Assembly (NCBI GenBank): GCA_017431515.1
Contig: JAFRKV010000028.1
Location: 17,004-81,003 of the forward strand
Reading direction: 5' to 3'
Source: Lachnospiraceae bacterium
GTDB lineage: Bacteria > Bacillota > Clostridia > Lachnospirales > Lachnospiraceae
DNA: 64,000 bases
Positions 1 to 8,064 of the stretch are shown here, in pieces (the stretch's first letter is position 1; every line of letters begins with the position of its first letter). The notes under the pieces were generated by a model. That model had not been told where the DNA came from, ran no database searches, and saw nothing but the letters and a program-made list of their open reading frames with translations. The translations under genes and the position numbers were made by a program.

Positions 1-66
1 ATCCAACTGATCCGGTTTTGCTTTCCCCAGAATGTTGTTCAATTCGGTGGTTGGTTTCTTCTGCAT
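1..66 (-). CDS. XRE-like HTH regulator, first 22 codons only (gene runs off the left window edge)
   Basis: ATG at 66-64 shares one base with the kinase stop codon (TGATG). Translated MQKKPTTELNNILGKAKPDQLD aligns with the N-terminus MDQKTTGELMQVLNHLSDQSEL of the HTH protein at 13258-13704. Confidence 0.45.
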   Translation of the reverse strand, partial: MQKKPTTELNNILGKAKPDQLD

Positions 67-1130
67 CACACTTCCTCAATCGCTGTCAATGCTTGCAGTA
101 GTTCTTCTGCGGTATATCTGTCCTCGGCGTTCAGGCTGATGCATCGTTCGATGATCCCCCAGATTTTACCTTCTGCTTTTTCTTCCTTCGGAAACTTTCC
201 GGTTATCATCACGTTCATCAACATCCCCAGCGCGTAGATATCCGATTTGGCGGAAGATGCCTTCAGGCCGTACCCCACCTGCTCCGGAGCCGCAAAATGA
301 GGCGTGCCCAGATAGTTGGTATCATCGGTTTTCTTCGGATCGTACCATTTTGCCACATTCATGTCCAATAGAAACACCTCGCCATCCGGTGTGATCATGA
401 CATTTGATGGCTTAATGTCTCTGTGTATGATAGGGGTGGGAAGTGTATGGAGTTCCTGAAGAATAGAGCAGATGCTTTTCGCGATCCGTACAGAATCATC
501 AATCGTTAACGTGCCTTCATCCAATCGTTCTACAATCGTTTTCCCTGCAATGCACTCCTCTATGATGACAAGACAGTTGCTCCCTTCATACACGCCGATA
601 ATCTCTGGCATATAGGCGACGGGATGGATTTTCAGATATTCATAAATGCTTTTCTCATAAGTGCGCAACAGCTTCTTGACATACAGAATTCCGGATTCCC
701 GGTGTTTTACGAGAACGATGTCCTCTCTGCCCGCAACGTTCTCCAGATCCAGATACATAGAGAGCGCCAGGGCGTCATCGTCCGCAAGGCCTTTATAAGG
801 ATCATGCACGGATGCCTGAAATTCATCCTCCGTTTGATATAACTCACTCTGAGCGATCTTGTTGACGAATCCGCATTCCGTACATGCCCATTCCCCGCGT
901 TGCTGCCGGAATCCCTCCTGAATATTCAGCATCGCGCCACACTGATCGCAGATCCATGCGACATCATCTTCGGCGTCTACTTCAGGATTGATGAGCATTT
1001 CCCCGCAACCTTTACAGATCCAGTAAGGAAGATCATTGCTGTACCCTTTCTGCAATGTTAGGTTTGCATTGCAGCGTGGACAGAATTCGTATGAAAGATC
1101 GTCAAGCGCATCTTCTTTATCCCTATTCAT
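66..1130 (-). CDS. Atypical cytoplasmic Ser/Thr protein kinase with N-terminal double zinc ribbon
   Basis: 354-aa ORF. Has catalytic loop HRDIKPSN, GTPHFAAPE activation segment and a conserved Lys in YVKK. Four CxxC knuckles (CPRC, CKGC, CDQC, CTEC) lie in the first ~90 aa. No GxGxxG loop, DMN replaces DFG, and there is no TM segment. Confidence 0.85.
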   Translation of the reverse strand: MNRDKEDALDDLSYEFCPRCNANLTLQKGYSNDLPYWICKGCGEMLINPEVDAEDDVAWICDQCGAMLNIQEGFRQQRGEWACTECGFVNKIAQSELYQTEDEFQASVHDPYKGLADDDALALSMYLDLENVAGREDIVLVKHRESGILYVKKLLRTYEKSIYEYLKIHPVAYMPEIIGVYEGSNCLVIIEECIAGKTIVERLDEGTLTIDDSVRIAKSICSILQELHTLPTPIIHRDIKPSNVMITPDGEVFLLDMNVAKWYDPKKTDDTNYLGTPHFAAPEQVGYGLKASSAKSDIYALGMLMNVMITGKFPKEEKAEGKIWGIIERCISLNAEDRYTAEELLQALTAIEEV

Positions 1131-1134
1131 TCTC

Positions 1135-1419
1135 TTATCTGCAGGTCAGCGCAAGGTTGATCGTTCTTTCGTCCACGCCGCTTTTTTTGATATCTTTAGG
1201 GGACTCACCGTTCCTAAGACGTTGGATTGTGGATACCAAGAGTTCTTGTCCTTGTTCCAGTCCTTGTTCCAGCCCTTGTTGCCGACCTTCCGCTCGCCCC
1301 TGAGCAAACCTTTGCTCCCGAGCGAGTTTTCGAGCCTTTTTCATCTCACTCTTCCAGAATTCTTTTTCATCCTTTTTTGTCCACGAAGTAAATAAACCCA
1401 TTTTCATTCCGGATTGCAT
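1135..1419 (-). CDS. Small hypothetical protein, DUF4351-like (resembles the C-terminal module of Rpn/YhgA-family proteins)
   Basis: 94 codons from ATG 1419, with SD GGGAGA 6 nt upstream and a 1-nt overlap (TGATG) with the upstream stop. An EGRQQGLEQGLEQGQE repeat is followed by a short helical tail (LVSTIQRLRNGESPKDIKKSGVDERTI). The similarity is recalled, not searched. Confidence 0.55.
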   Translation of the reverse strand: MQSGMKMGLFTSWTKKDEKEFWKSEMKKARKLAREQRFAQGRAEGRQQGLEQGLEQGQELLVSTIQRLRNGESPKDIKKSGVDERTINLALTCR

Positions 1420-2156
1420 CAATCATCTCCCGATTTGATGATACCGCGTTCGGATGGTTTGTCAAACACTTTTCTCACCACAGAAATCACCCCTTGCGTC
1501 AGGAAGATCACAGCCACGGCCACTCCGGCATATGCCAAAAGATACCACTTTTCTCCGAATGCCCGGAAGAGCGTCTCCAACGGCGTGCCCGGCACAGGCT
1601 GCAGCAAAAACCAATAGTTGCAGGATGTGGCTCTGTCAAACAGATACACCGGAATCGCAAAGGCCGCCAGCATCAGAATACTCTTCCACACATCCCGAAA
1701 TGCCGGGCAGAGTTCTCCCGCGATCAGCATGCATAACGGGAGCATCAGTTGCAATGCATGCCATGAGAAACTCATAAGGCTCATCACGCCCATAATCGGA
1801 TACATCGTCCAGTCCGGAAACAGCAGCGCGGCAATCGTCGCAGGAAGCAGCACGATGCAACAGAATCCGCCGATCACATTCCGGGTTTTTCCTTGCTTCA
1901 AAAGGGCAGCCACTGGATAAAGATATATCGCAAGGCTGCAAAGATGCAGGGGAAGGTATCCGATCCCCATTAGCCCCCACCGAATGAGCAGGAGGATTTT
2001 CACGGTTTCCAGTATCGGCAGGAGAAATGCGATCACAAGGAGCATCCCATGCCTGAGTTTCTGATGGCGCGCATAGATCACGACCACAGACGCCGTCAAC
2101 GCAGCGATCAGAGTCAGCATTGCGATATGCTCTTTTCCGAACAGTTGAAAACCCAT
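1419..2156 (-). CDS. Polytopic membrane protein, TIGR02206/YwaF-like
   Basis: 245-aa ORF with about 7 hydrophobic spans. The N-terminus MGFQLFGKEHIAMLTLIAAL is typical of the YwaF family. Its ATG abuts the stop of the upstream XRE gene. Confidence 0.75.
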   Translation of the reverse strand: MGFQLFGKEHIAMLTLIAALTASVVVIYARHQKLRHGMLLVIAFLLPILETVKILLLIRWGLMGIGYLPLHLCSLAIYLYPVAALLKQGKTRNVIGGFCCIVLLPATIAALLFPDWTMYPIMGVMSLMSFSWHALQLMLPLCMLIAGELCPAFRDVWKSILMLAAFAIPVYLFDRATSCNYWFLLQPVPGTPLETLFRAFGEKWYLLAYAGVAVAVIFLTQGVISVVRKVFDKPSERGIIKSGDD

Positions 2157-2351
2157 TCATTCCACCCAGAACAGCTCATCCAGCGTTTTACCGAGGGCTT
2201 TGCAGATGCTGATGCATAGATTGATGGTCGGGTTGTAGTCTCCCTTTTCCACCGCGCTGATGGTCTGGCGGGAGACGCCCACCATTTTCGCCAGATCATC
2301 TTGGGACAAATCAAGCCCCGCTCGGGCGGCTTTCAGTTTCAGATTCTTCAT
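2157..2351 (-). CDS. Small XRE/Cro-C1 family HTH transcriptional regulator
   Basis: 64 aa with the motif LSQDDLAKMVGVSRQTISAVEKGDYNPTINL. Overlaps the upstream membrane gene by ATGA. Confidence 0.88.
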   Translation of the reverse strand: MKNLKLKAARAGLDLSQDDLAKMVGVSRQTISAVEKGDYNPTINLCISICKALGKTLDELFWVE

Positions 2352-2884
2352 GCCTCATCACGCTCCCCCCTGTTGTTCATCATCTTCTTCACAAGGAGTT
2401 CCACTGCTATGATCAGGAACAGAATCCCGCACAGCAGATTCAAGAACTGCGGTCTCAGTATTCCGCCTTCCGTCAATCCGATCCGCCCGAAGGAAATGAG
2501 AGCGAAAGCGAAATTAAACACTGCGATCCCGGTCATGATCCCCACAAATCGCGGCATGCTCGTATTCAGTCCTTCATAGGCATCGTGGAAAATGCTGTAG
2601 CTGATCTGTGCGATGATACCGGCAAAAATCGGCAAAAACCATGTCGTCAGACCGAGTGTCGAAAGATCGACTTCAAAGATCTGTAGCGTGAGCAAAAGCA
2701 CACAAGCGATCATCATTGTGTAGAAGCCGTATTTGTATGCCTTTCCTCTCTCGATCTGCTGTCTTTCATCATAATCCGTTTTGGCCTTGCCGTTTTTGTT
2801 GATCGCCTTGAGAAGTATCACCACCAAAACGATTCCAACCAGTATCCCGATAATCCATCCTAATGAAGCATCCGTCATATTCAT
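2348..2884 (-). CDS. XRE-associated integral membrane protein (hypothetical)
   Basis: About 5 TM spans. The start is taken at the first ATG after the candidate promoter at 2937-2965; ATG 2878 is an alternative. The 205-aa track ORF starting at 2965 would leave no room for an RBS. Confidence 0.7.
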   Translation of the reverse strand: MNMTDASLGWIIGILVGIVLVVILLKAINKNGKAKTDYDERQQIERGKAYKYGFYTMMIACVLLLTLQIFEVDLSTLGLTTWFLPIFAGIIAQISYSIFHDAYEGLNTSMPRFVGIMTGIAVFNFAFALISFGRIGLTEGGILRPQFLNLLCGILFLIIAVELLVKKMMNNRGERDEA

Positions 2885-2936
2885 CAACCTTCTTTCTTTT
2901 TTGTTTACAGAGTTCCTTTGAAAGCTTTCTGAATAT

Positions 2937-2965
2937 AACTTATCACTTCGATAGCAATATGTCAA
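2937..2965 (-). promoter_or_regulatory. Candidate sigma-A promoter inside the operon (TTGACA-17-TAAGTT)
   Basis: The minus strand reads TTGACAtattgctatcgaagtgaTAAGTT immediately after the LuxR-type gene stop. Confidence 0.45.
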
Positions 2966-3250
2966 CTATATTTTACATTTTTCTATTTGTATTTCTTCCC
3001 CCTGAAAAAAAAGCCCCCGAAATTCCTTCCGTCCGGGAACCCATGCCTTTTCATAAATATGTGTAAAATGGTTCTTCACCGTTTGCTCTGAGATACCGAA
3101 CATATACGCAATTCTGCGATTTGAAAATCCTGACACCTTGAGGAATCCAAGCTCCAGCTCCCGTTTCGTAAGTCCGTATTTCCGTGCCACCTCCAGATAG
3201 CGCTCTTTCGTAATCTTGGCATCATTCATCTCCAAGATCCATTTCCTCAT
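2966..3250 (-). CDS. Stand-alone LuxR/GerE-type HTH protein
   Basis: Motif LTKRELELGFLKVSGFSNRRIAYMFGISEQTVKNHFTHIYEK. The start is uncertain: ATG 3250 or ATG 3229. Either one overlaps the upstream ORF, by 29 or 8 nt. Confidence 0.75.
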   Translation of the reverse strand: MRKWILEMNDAKITKERYLEVARKYGLTKRELELGFLKVSGFSNRRIAYMFGISEQTVKNHFTHIYEKAWVPGRKEFRGLFFQGEEIQIEKCKI

Positions 3251-3701
3251 TCATTTTACGTTCTGCATTGAGCCTGAGCGGCAGAAGAAAAAACTCTATG
3301 ATTACCGCATAAAAGCCGGCCAAAAAACACACCGCCAGATTTGGACCAAGCTTTTCCGGATTATCCAGACGCCCTATGATCAGTATACCGGATGTGATGA
3401 TCGCAAAAAGAGCGCCGAACACTGTCAGTTTCTGAGCTGCACTTACCGCACCGATAATATTTTTCAATTCCAATAACGTATAGGGCTTGATTCCGACGGA
3501 AAAGGACTTTATAAAATCCTTCCATTCTCCCATAATGAGCAGCCCCGGAATCAAAACCGCGACAATCAGGATTATGGATGGCAGATCAAGGAACCATGCA
3601 ATATTCGACAGTCCCCCGACAGCCCAACTAAATAGATTCACTCCGAAAATAGCGACAAAAAGAATCAATTCTCCCAACAGTACTAGGCGTATGTTTTTCA
3701 T
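3222..3701 (-). CDS. Short MotA/TolQ/ExbB-like membrane protein (no MotB/ExbD partner seen)
   Basis: 159 aa from ATG 3701, with SD AAGGAG 7 nt upstream, and 4 TM spans. The C-terminal segment LGPNLAVCFLAGFYAVIIEFFLLPLRLNAERK resembles the conserved MotA/ExbB channel helices. Confidence 0.6.
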   Translation of the reverse strand: MKNIRLVLLGELILFVAIFGVNLFSWAVGGLSNIAWFLDLPSIILIVAVLIPGLLIMGEWKDFIKSFSVGIKPYTLLELKNIIGAVSAAQKLTVFGALFAIITSGILIIGRLDNPEKLGPNLAVCFLAGFYAVIIEFFLLPLRLNAERKMNEEMDLGDE

Positions 3702-3807
3702 GGCGTTTCTCCTTTCAGATGCAATGTCCTTTGTGTTCTCTATCAACCCTACCACAGGCTGCAGCAGGATGATATAGTACCTTTTCGATCTGAAAGGTGT
3801 TCTGCCT

Positions 3808-4569
3808 TTACGGTTCTTTCCCGATCAGCTTCATAATCTCCGCTTCATCGGCATCCGGATACATCTTCGCTACATGCGACACCACCCGCTCCCAGGAGGC
3901 TTTCGGATCTTCGTTGTATGCGGATGTCACGAGCTCTCTCCCCCACAGCGTCTCCGGCGGAAGCATGATGGATACCGGCATCCCGTAAGCATCTCCGCGT
4001 TTATTCACACGCCGCCTGAAATCCGCGATCACAAGATAAGTTTCCATCTGCAGCTGCGTCACGATCCCCGGATAGTTTTTCTCTCCACCCTTTCCGAATC
4101 CCGCCTGCTTCTTCAGATCTGTGGAGAGGATCTGCGTGTCACGATAAAACGTATCACCATCCTCGTCTTCGCCGATGTAAAAGTCCATGATCTTCTTTTC
4201 CCGGCGGCTCGCCTTGCCGTCTTCATACCGCGCATCGAAGTCATAGCCGCTGCGCCGGTAATTGGCAAACACAGGCAGCCACTCCAGGCTGATAAAGCCG
4301 GCCCGTTTATCAAAGAATTTCCCATAGGCTACCTCATGTCCCGCGGCAATGACCTCCCGCCACTCCCAGGGGTCTTCTTCGCGCACGCCGGTCCACCAGT
4401 AGTCTGTTCCCACATGCTCTTCCGTGGAAAAGCCCTCGATCTCATTCGAAAAAAAGGGCAGGAATCCGATCTCCCTGATCCAGTTTACAAGTTCCTGCGC
4501 CGAGCGGATCCGCAGGGGATCGTTCCAATGCAGTCCTTTGATGATCCATTCCCCGTTTTCATGTTCCAT
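3808..4569 (-). CDS. Conserved hypothetical protein, tentatively AlkZ/YcaQ-related
   Basis: 253-aa Trp-rich soluble ORF (DYWWTGVREEDPWEWRE, FISLEWLPVFANYRR). The family assignment is from memory only. Confidence 0.55.
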   Translation of the reverse strand: MEHENGEWIIKGLHWNDPLRIRSAQELVNWIREIGFLPFFSNEIEGFSTEEHVGTDYWWTGVREEDPWEWREVIAAGHEVAYGKFFDKRAGFISLEWLPVFANYRRSGYDFDARYEDGKASRREKKIMDFYIGEDEDGDTFYRDTQILSTDLKKQAGFGKGGEKNYPGIVTQLQMETYLVIADFRRRVNKRGDAYGMPVSIMLPPETLWGRELVTSAYNEDPKASWERVVSHVAKMYPDADEAEIMKLIGKEP

Positions 4570-4625
4570 GTCTGTCCTCGATTCTTAGGATGCCTTCCCT
4601 TGTAAGTGTCCATCCCATGTATTGC

Positions 4626-5507
4626 CTATTCCAGCAGCCCCTGTATTTCCTCCACGGAAAACGCATACTTCTTCCCGCAGAAATGACAACACAGTTCCAC
4701 CGGTTTCTGCTCTTTGATCATGTCTTCCAGTTCTTTTTTCCCCAGCGAAAGCAAGACGCGGCTGACCCGTTCCCGGGAGCAGTTGCAGTAGTACGATAAC
4801 TCATCCCGTCCCTCTTCTTGTGGAGACAGTCCGTCGAGCAGGATCCCCAGCAGATCCTCCGGCGTCTTGCCCTCGTCCAGCGCCGCTGTCACTGACGGGA
4901 GTCGAGTTAGGTTTTTCTCCAACGCAGAGATGGTCTCCTCAGTGCAGCCGGGCATCACCTGGATCAAAAAGCCCCCCGCGCGTTTCACCAAAAAGCCGCC
5001 CTCTCCGTCCTGATCCACCAGCACCCCCAGTCCCACCGAGGACGGGAGCTGTTCACTCAGGACAAAATATGCCGCCAGATCATCCCCGATCTCACCGGTC
5101 TGCAGATTGACCTGACTGGAATAGGGCTGACCGTATGCCTGATCTCTCGTGACGGTCAGCGTTCCCGCGCCGACCGCTTTTCCCACGTCAAGCTTGCCCG
5201 CGTATTTCGGCGCGATCCAGACATCCGGATGATTCACAAATCCTTTCACACGTCCGTGCATATCCGCTGTCACAGTCACGCCTCCGAGAGACCCGTCGCC
5301 CCGGATCGCAAGCGTCAGCAGATCCTTTTCGTCCTTCAGCTGTACCCCCATCATAACGCCCGCCGTCAACAGGCGTCCTAACGCAGCCGTGGCCACCGGA
5401 CTGGTTTTATGGATTCTCCGTGCTTCCTCCGCCAGTTCTTTTGTCGTTGCTGCAAATGCGCGAACCGTGCCATCCGCCGCCATCATTCTTACCAGATAAT
5501 CCTTCAT
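4626..5507 (-). CDS. hslO: Hsp33 family redox-regulated chaperone
   Basis: Starts MKDYLVRMMAADGTVRAF. Has the C-terminal zinc/redox switch CNCSRERV ... CHFCGKKY. Confidence 0.92.
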   Translation of the reverse strand: MKDYLVRMMAADGTVRAFAATTKELAEEARRIHKTSPVATAALGRLLTAGVMMGVQLKDEKDLLTLAIRGDGSLGGVTVTADMHGRVKGFVNHPDVWIAPKYAGKLDVGKAVGAGTLTVTRDQAYGQPYSSQVNLQTGEIGDDLAAYFVLSEQLPSSVGLGVLVDQDGEGGFLVKRAGGFLIQVMPGCTEETISALEKNLTRLPSVTAALDEGKTPEDLLGILLDGLSPQEEGRDELSYYCNCSRERVSRVLLSLGKKELEDMIKEQKPVELCCHFCGKKYAFSVEEIQGLLE

Positions 5508-5562
5508 GTTCTTCCCCGTATGTAAAAAAATGATATCTGCGCAAAACAAGGTTCTGTGCAGA

Positions 5563-5593
5563 CACAAAAGGGCGCTTCTTCCCGAAGCGCCCC
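5563..5593 (-). terminator. Rho-independent terminator after the zinc-ribbon gene
   Basis: The minus strand reads GGGCGCTTC-GGGAA-GAAGCGCCC followed by TTTTGTG. Confidence 0.8.
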
Positions 5594-5606
5594 AGTTTCC
5601 TGTGTT

Positions 5607-6269
5607 TTATTGGAAGATCGAATTCAGCCCCTCCTCCAGATCTTCCATGGCGTCGTTCAAGCCTTCATTGAACTCATCCGTCACGCCGCCCACGACTTCT
5701 CTGGACGCATCTCCCAGGGCTCGTCCGACCTCTCTTGATCCATAGCTTATGCAGCTATGGCAGGCGAGACATGCGATCAGGCTGATCATCGCGAACACAA
5801 CACCGAGAATGGAAAGCACCATTCCGGCCGTCCTTAAGCCGCCTTTGGATCCGCGAGACTTCGCAACGACCGCCAGGACGATTCCGACCGCGCCCGTAAT
5901 CAGCGCAATGATCGAAACGCCTGCGATGCCAAACAGGATCGCCACCAGACCAAGCACGAAACTTGCGATCTCAAAACCTTTTCCGCCACCCGACGGTGCG
6001 TTCTGCGGCATCGGCTGCTGATATTGGGGCTGAATTGGCTGCTGCTGAATCTGCTGTGCCTGTACCGGCTCCACCTCTGTCACCTGCGGTTCCACCGGTG
6101 CTGCCTCTGTCGGCTGCGCCACTGCCGGTTCCGCCGGCTGCTCCACCTGCTCCGCCGGAGTCTCAGTCTGCACATTCTCTGCTGTTTCCGTCACCTGCGG
6201 TGTGCCGCACTCCGTACAAAATCTTGCATCATCAGCAAGTTCAGCGCCGCACTTGATACATTTTGCCAT
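5607..6269 (-). CDS. Zinc-ribbon domain membrane protein with Pro/Gln-rich linker
   Basis: N-terminus MAKCIKCGAELADDARFCTECG, then a P/Q/E-rich low-complexity stretch, then 3 TM spans. Strong SD GAGGAGGA. Confidence 0.8.
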   Translation of the reverse strand: MAKCIKCGAELADDARFCTECGTPQVTETAENVQTETPAEQVEQPAEPAVAQPTEAAPVEPQVTEVEPVQAQQIQQQPIQPQYQQPMPQNAPSGGGKGFEIASFVLGLVAILFGIAGVSIIALITGAVGIVLAVVAKSRGSKGGLRTAGMVLSILGVVFAMISLIACLACHSCISYGSREVGRALGDASREVVGGVTDEFNEGLNDAMEDLEEGLNSIFQ

Positions 6270-6427
6270 CTCATGTCCTCCTCTTCCAATATCTGCTATG
6301 TTTACCTGTCTTAATACACTTCACCGTCATCTCACCCGCGTTGCGGGTTCGAACGGAATTCGGCTCAGTCTTCTCTCAGGTATGGCCGTAATCACATCTC
6401 TGCGATTCACGGCTTCTCTGACTTCTA

Positions 6428-6455
6428 ATGATAACATAAATCAAAAAAAATACAA
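6428..6455 (-). promoter_or_regulatory. Candidate sigma-A promoter (TTGTAT-16-TATCAT) giving a ~150-nt leader
   Basis: Read on the minus strand upstream of the zinc-ribbon gene at 5607-6269. Confidence 0.4.
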
Positions 6456-6528
6456 CAAAATCGCTCCGCAGCCGGTTCTCCTTCCGGCGTCATCGCTCCC
6501 TGTTTTTCAGTTGGGACTTCACAACCCC

Positions 6529-7395
6529 TCAACTCCATCCCTCATCGGAACGCGCCGATCCCTCCGGCATTCCCGGCAGAATCAAACCGCCATCCACGCG
6601 CAGCGTGACTCCTGTGATATAGGAGGCCTTCTCCGACGCGAGAAAAACAACCGCGTTTGCAATATCCTCCGGCAGCGCCGCACGTCTGAGGGGAATCTTT
6701 TTCCCCAGTTCATCCCAGAAGTCTGATTCCACAGCGTCTGCGCCATCCAGAAAACGCTTATCCCAAAAATAATCCGTGTCTGCGCCATGGTCCATTGCTG
6801 CCATCTCCTCTTTTGTCCGGATCCGCACAGCACCCGGCGCCACGTTGTTGATCCTGATTCCGTGCGGCGCGAGGTCAAGTGCAAAGGCCTCCACCGCCCG
6901 CGCGATTCCGGCTTTCATCCCGCAGTACAGCCCGCAGTTGGGATAAACCCGTTCCCCGCGTGAAGAAGTAATATTGATGATATTGCCTTTTACACCATGG
7001 TCGATCATATGGCGCGATGCATAATGCATCATCATCAGATACGTTCGCAGATCCAGCGTCAGGAGATAATCCAGATTTTCCTCGGTAAAATCCTGAATGG
7101 CTTTCGGCTTGTTGACACCGGCGTTGTTGATCATGAGATCCAGCCCGCCGAGTGCCTGCGTTCCCTGTTCAAAAAACGTCTTCGCCCCGTCCTTTTCCGA
7201 CAGATCCACAGGAAAAGGATATCCTTCTGACCCGCGCTTTTCCAGCTCTTTCATCGTCTTCGCGACAGCCGCTTCCGCCTGCTGCTCCTTCTCATAATAA
7301 GAGAAGGCAATGTCATATCCTGCATCTGCAAGTGCAAATGCAATTCCTCTTCCAATTCCCCGTTCTCCGCCGGTAATCAATGCTTTCTTTCTCAT
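6529..7395 (-). CDS. SDR family oxidoreductase
   Basis: Starts MRKKALITGGERGIGRGIA (TGxxxGIG). Has the NNAG motif and a YxxxK-type catalytic segment (YCGMK). SD GGGAGGAA lies 7 nt upstream of ATG 7395. Confidence 0.88.
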   Translation of the reverse strand: MRKKALITGGERGIGRGIAFALADAGYDIAFSYYEKEQQAEAAVAKTMKELEKRGSEGYPFPVDLSEKDGAKTFFEQGTQALGGLDLMINNAGVNKPKAIQDFTEENLDYLLTLDLRTYLMMMHYASRHMIDHGVKGNIINITSSRGERVYPNCGLYCGMKAGIARAVEAFALDLAPHGIRINNVAPGAVRIRTKEEMAAMDHGADTDYFWDKRFLDGADAVESDFWDELGKKIPLRRAALPEDIANAVVFLASEKASYITGVTLRVDGGLILPGMPEGSARSDEGWS

Positions 7396-7451
7396 GTGAT
7401 AGTTCCTCCCAGGCTCTGCAGCATGCCAAATGTACTGCCGCAGAAACACTC

Positions 7452-7943
7452 CTACTCTTCATTTTCCAAAAGCTGCATTCTCATGTCAACATATTTCTGT
7501 ACTTTGTCTTCGAAACCGACCTTCCTGTAAATCGGCGCACCTTGTTCTGTCGCCATAAGATCAATCCGACACAAGCCCCGCGCTTTGCCGAATGCAACCA
7601 GGTTCTTCATGAGCTGCGTGCAAATCCCCTGCCCCCGATAGACCTCTTCTGTATAGACGCTGAGCACTTCTCCGTCCAGTCCGTTTGGCAAAAACGGGTT
7701 CGCGGGTTTTTCGATCACGAGCAGATAGGCTGCCGCGACGAGCCTTCCCTCCGCCCCAGCCACAAAAGCAAACAATTCGTTTCCGAGCCTCCTCCTGAAA
7801 TACTCGGGCAGCTGCTCCCTCATGCACTTTTCCTCGTACTCCGTAATGGAGCCGAAATCATCGATCATGTACGCAATCCGCAGCCGGATCAGCTCAGGAA
7901 TATCAATTACATCTGCGATATCAAAAATAGTGTTCTTCATCAT
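7452..7943 (-). CDS. GNAT family N-acetyltransferase
   Basis: 163 aa with the acetyl-CoA motif YRGQGICTQLMKNLVAFGK. Confidence 0.85.
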   Translation of the reverse strand: MMKNTIFDIADVIDIPELIRLRIAYMIDDFGSITEYEEKCMREQLPEYFRRRLGNELFAFVAGAEGRLVAAAYLLVIEKPANPFLPNGLDGEVLSVYTEEVYRGQGICTQLMKNLVAFGKARGLCRIDLMATEQGAPIYRKVGFEDKVQKYVDMRMQLLENEE

Positions 7944-8004
7944 TCATTCACCGATGCTTATAGATACCTTTCCATATAGTTTAGCACCCTTCAAAAGGAA
8001 TACA

Positions 8005-8044
8005 AGCAAAAAAACAACGCAGTGGAACATTCATTCCACTGCGT
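8005..8044 (-). terminator. Rho-independent terminator
   Basis: An 11-bp perfect stem ACGCAGTGGAA/TTCCACTGCGT is followed on the minus strand by TGTTTTTTTGC. Confidence 0.85.
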
Positions 8045-8064
8045 CTATCTTAGTAAAATGTCTT

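Noticed and set aside
1135-1422. The DUF4351-like ORF taken as evidence of a transposase or mobile element.
   Set aside because: Only the short C-terminal-type module is present. No PD-(D/E)XK nuclease domain, inverted repeats or target duplications are visible, so no mobile element is called.
6334-6360. A tRNA-like GGGTTCGAAC (T-loop-like) string in the 6270-6528 spacer.
   Set aside because: No acceptor, D or anticodon stems can be drawn around it. The flanking pairing is a simple 6-bp hairpin with a 3-nt loop.
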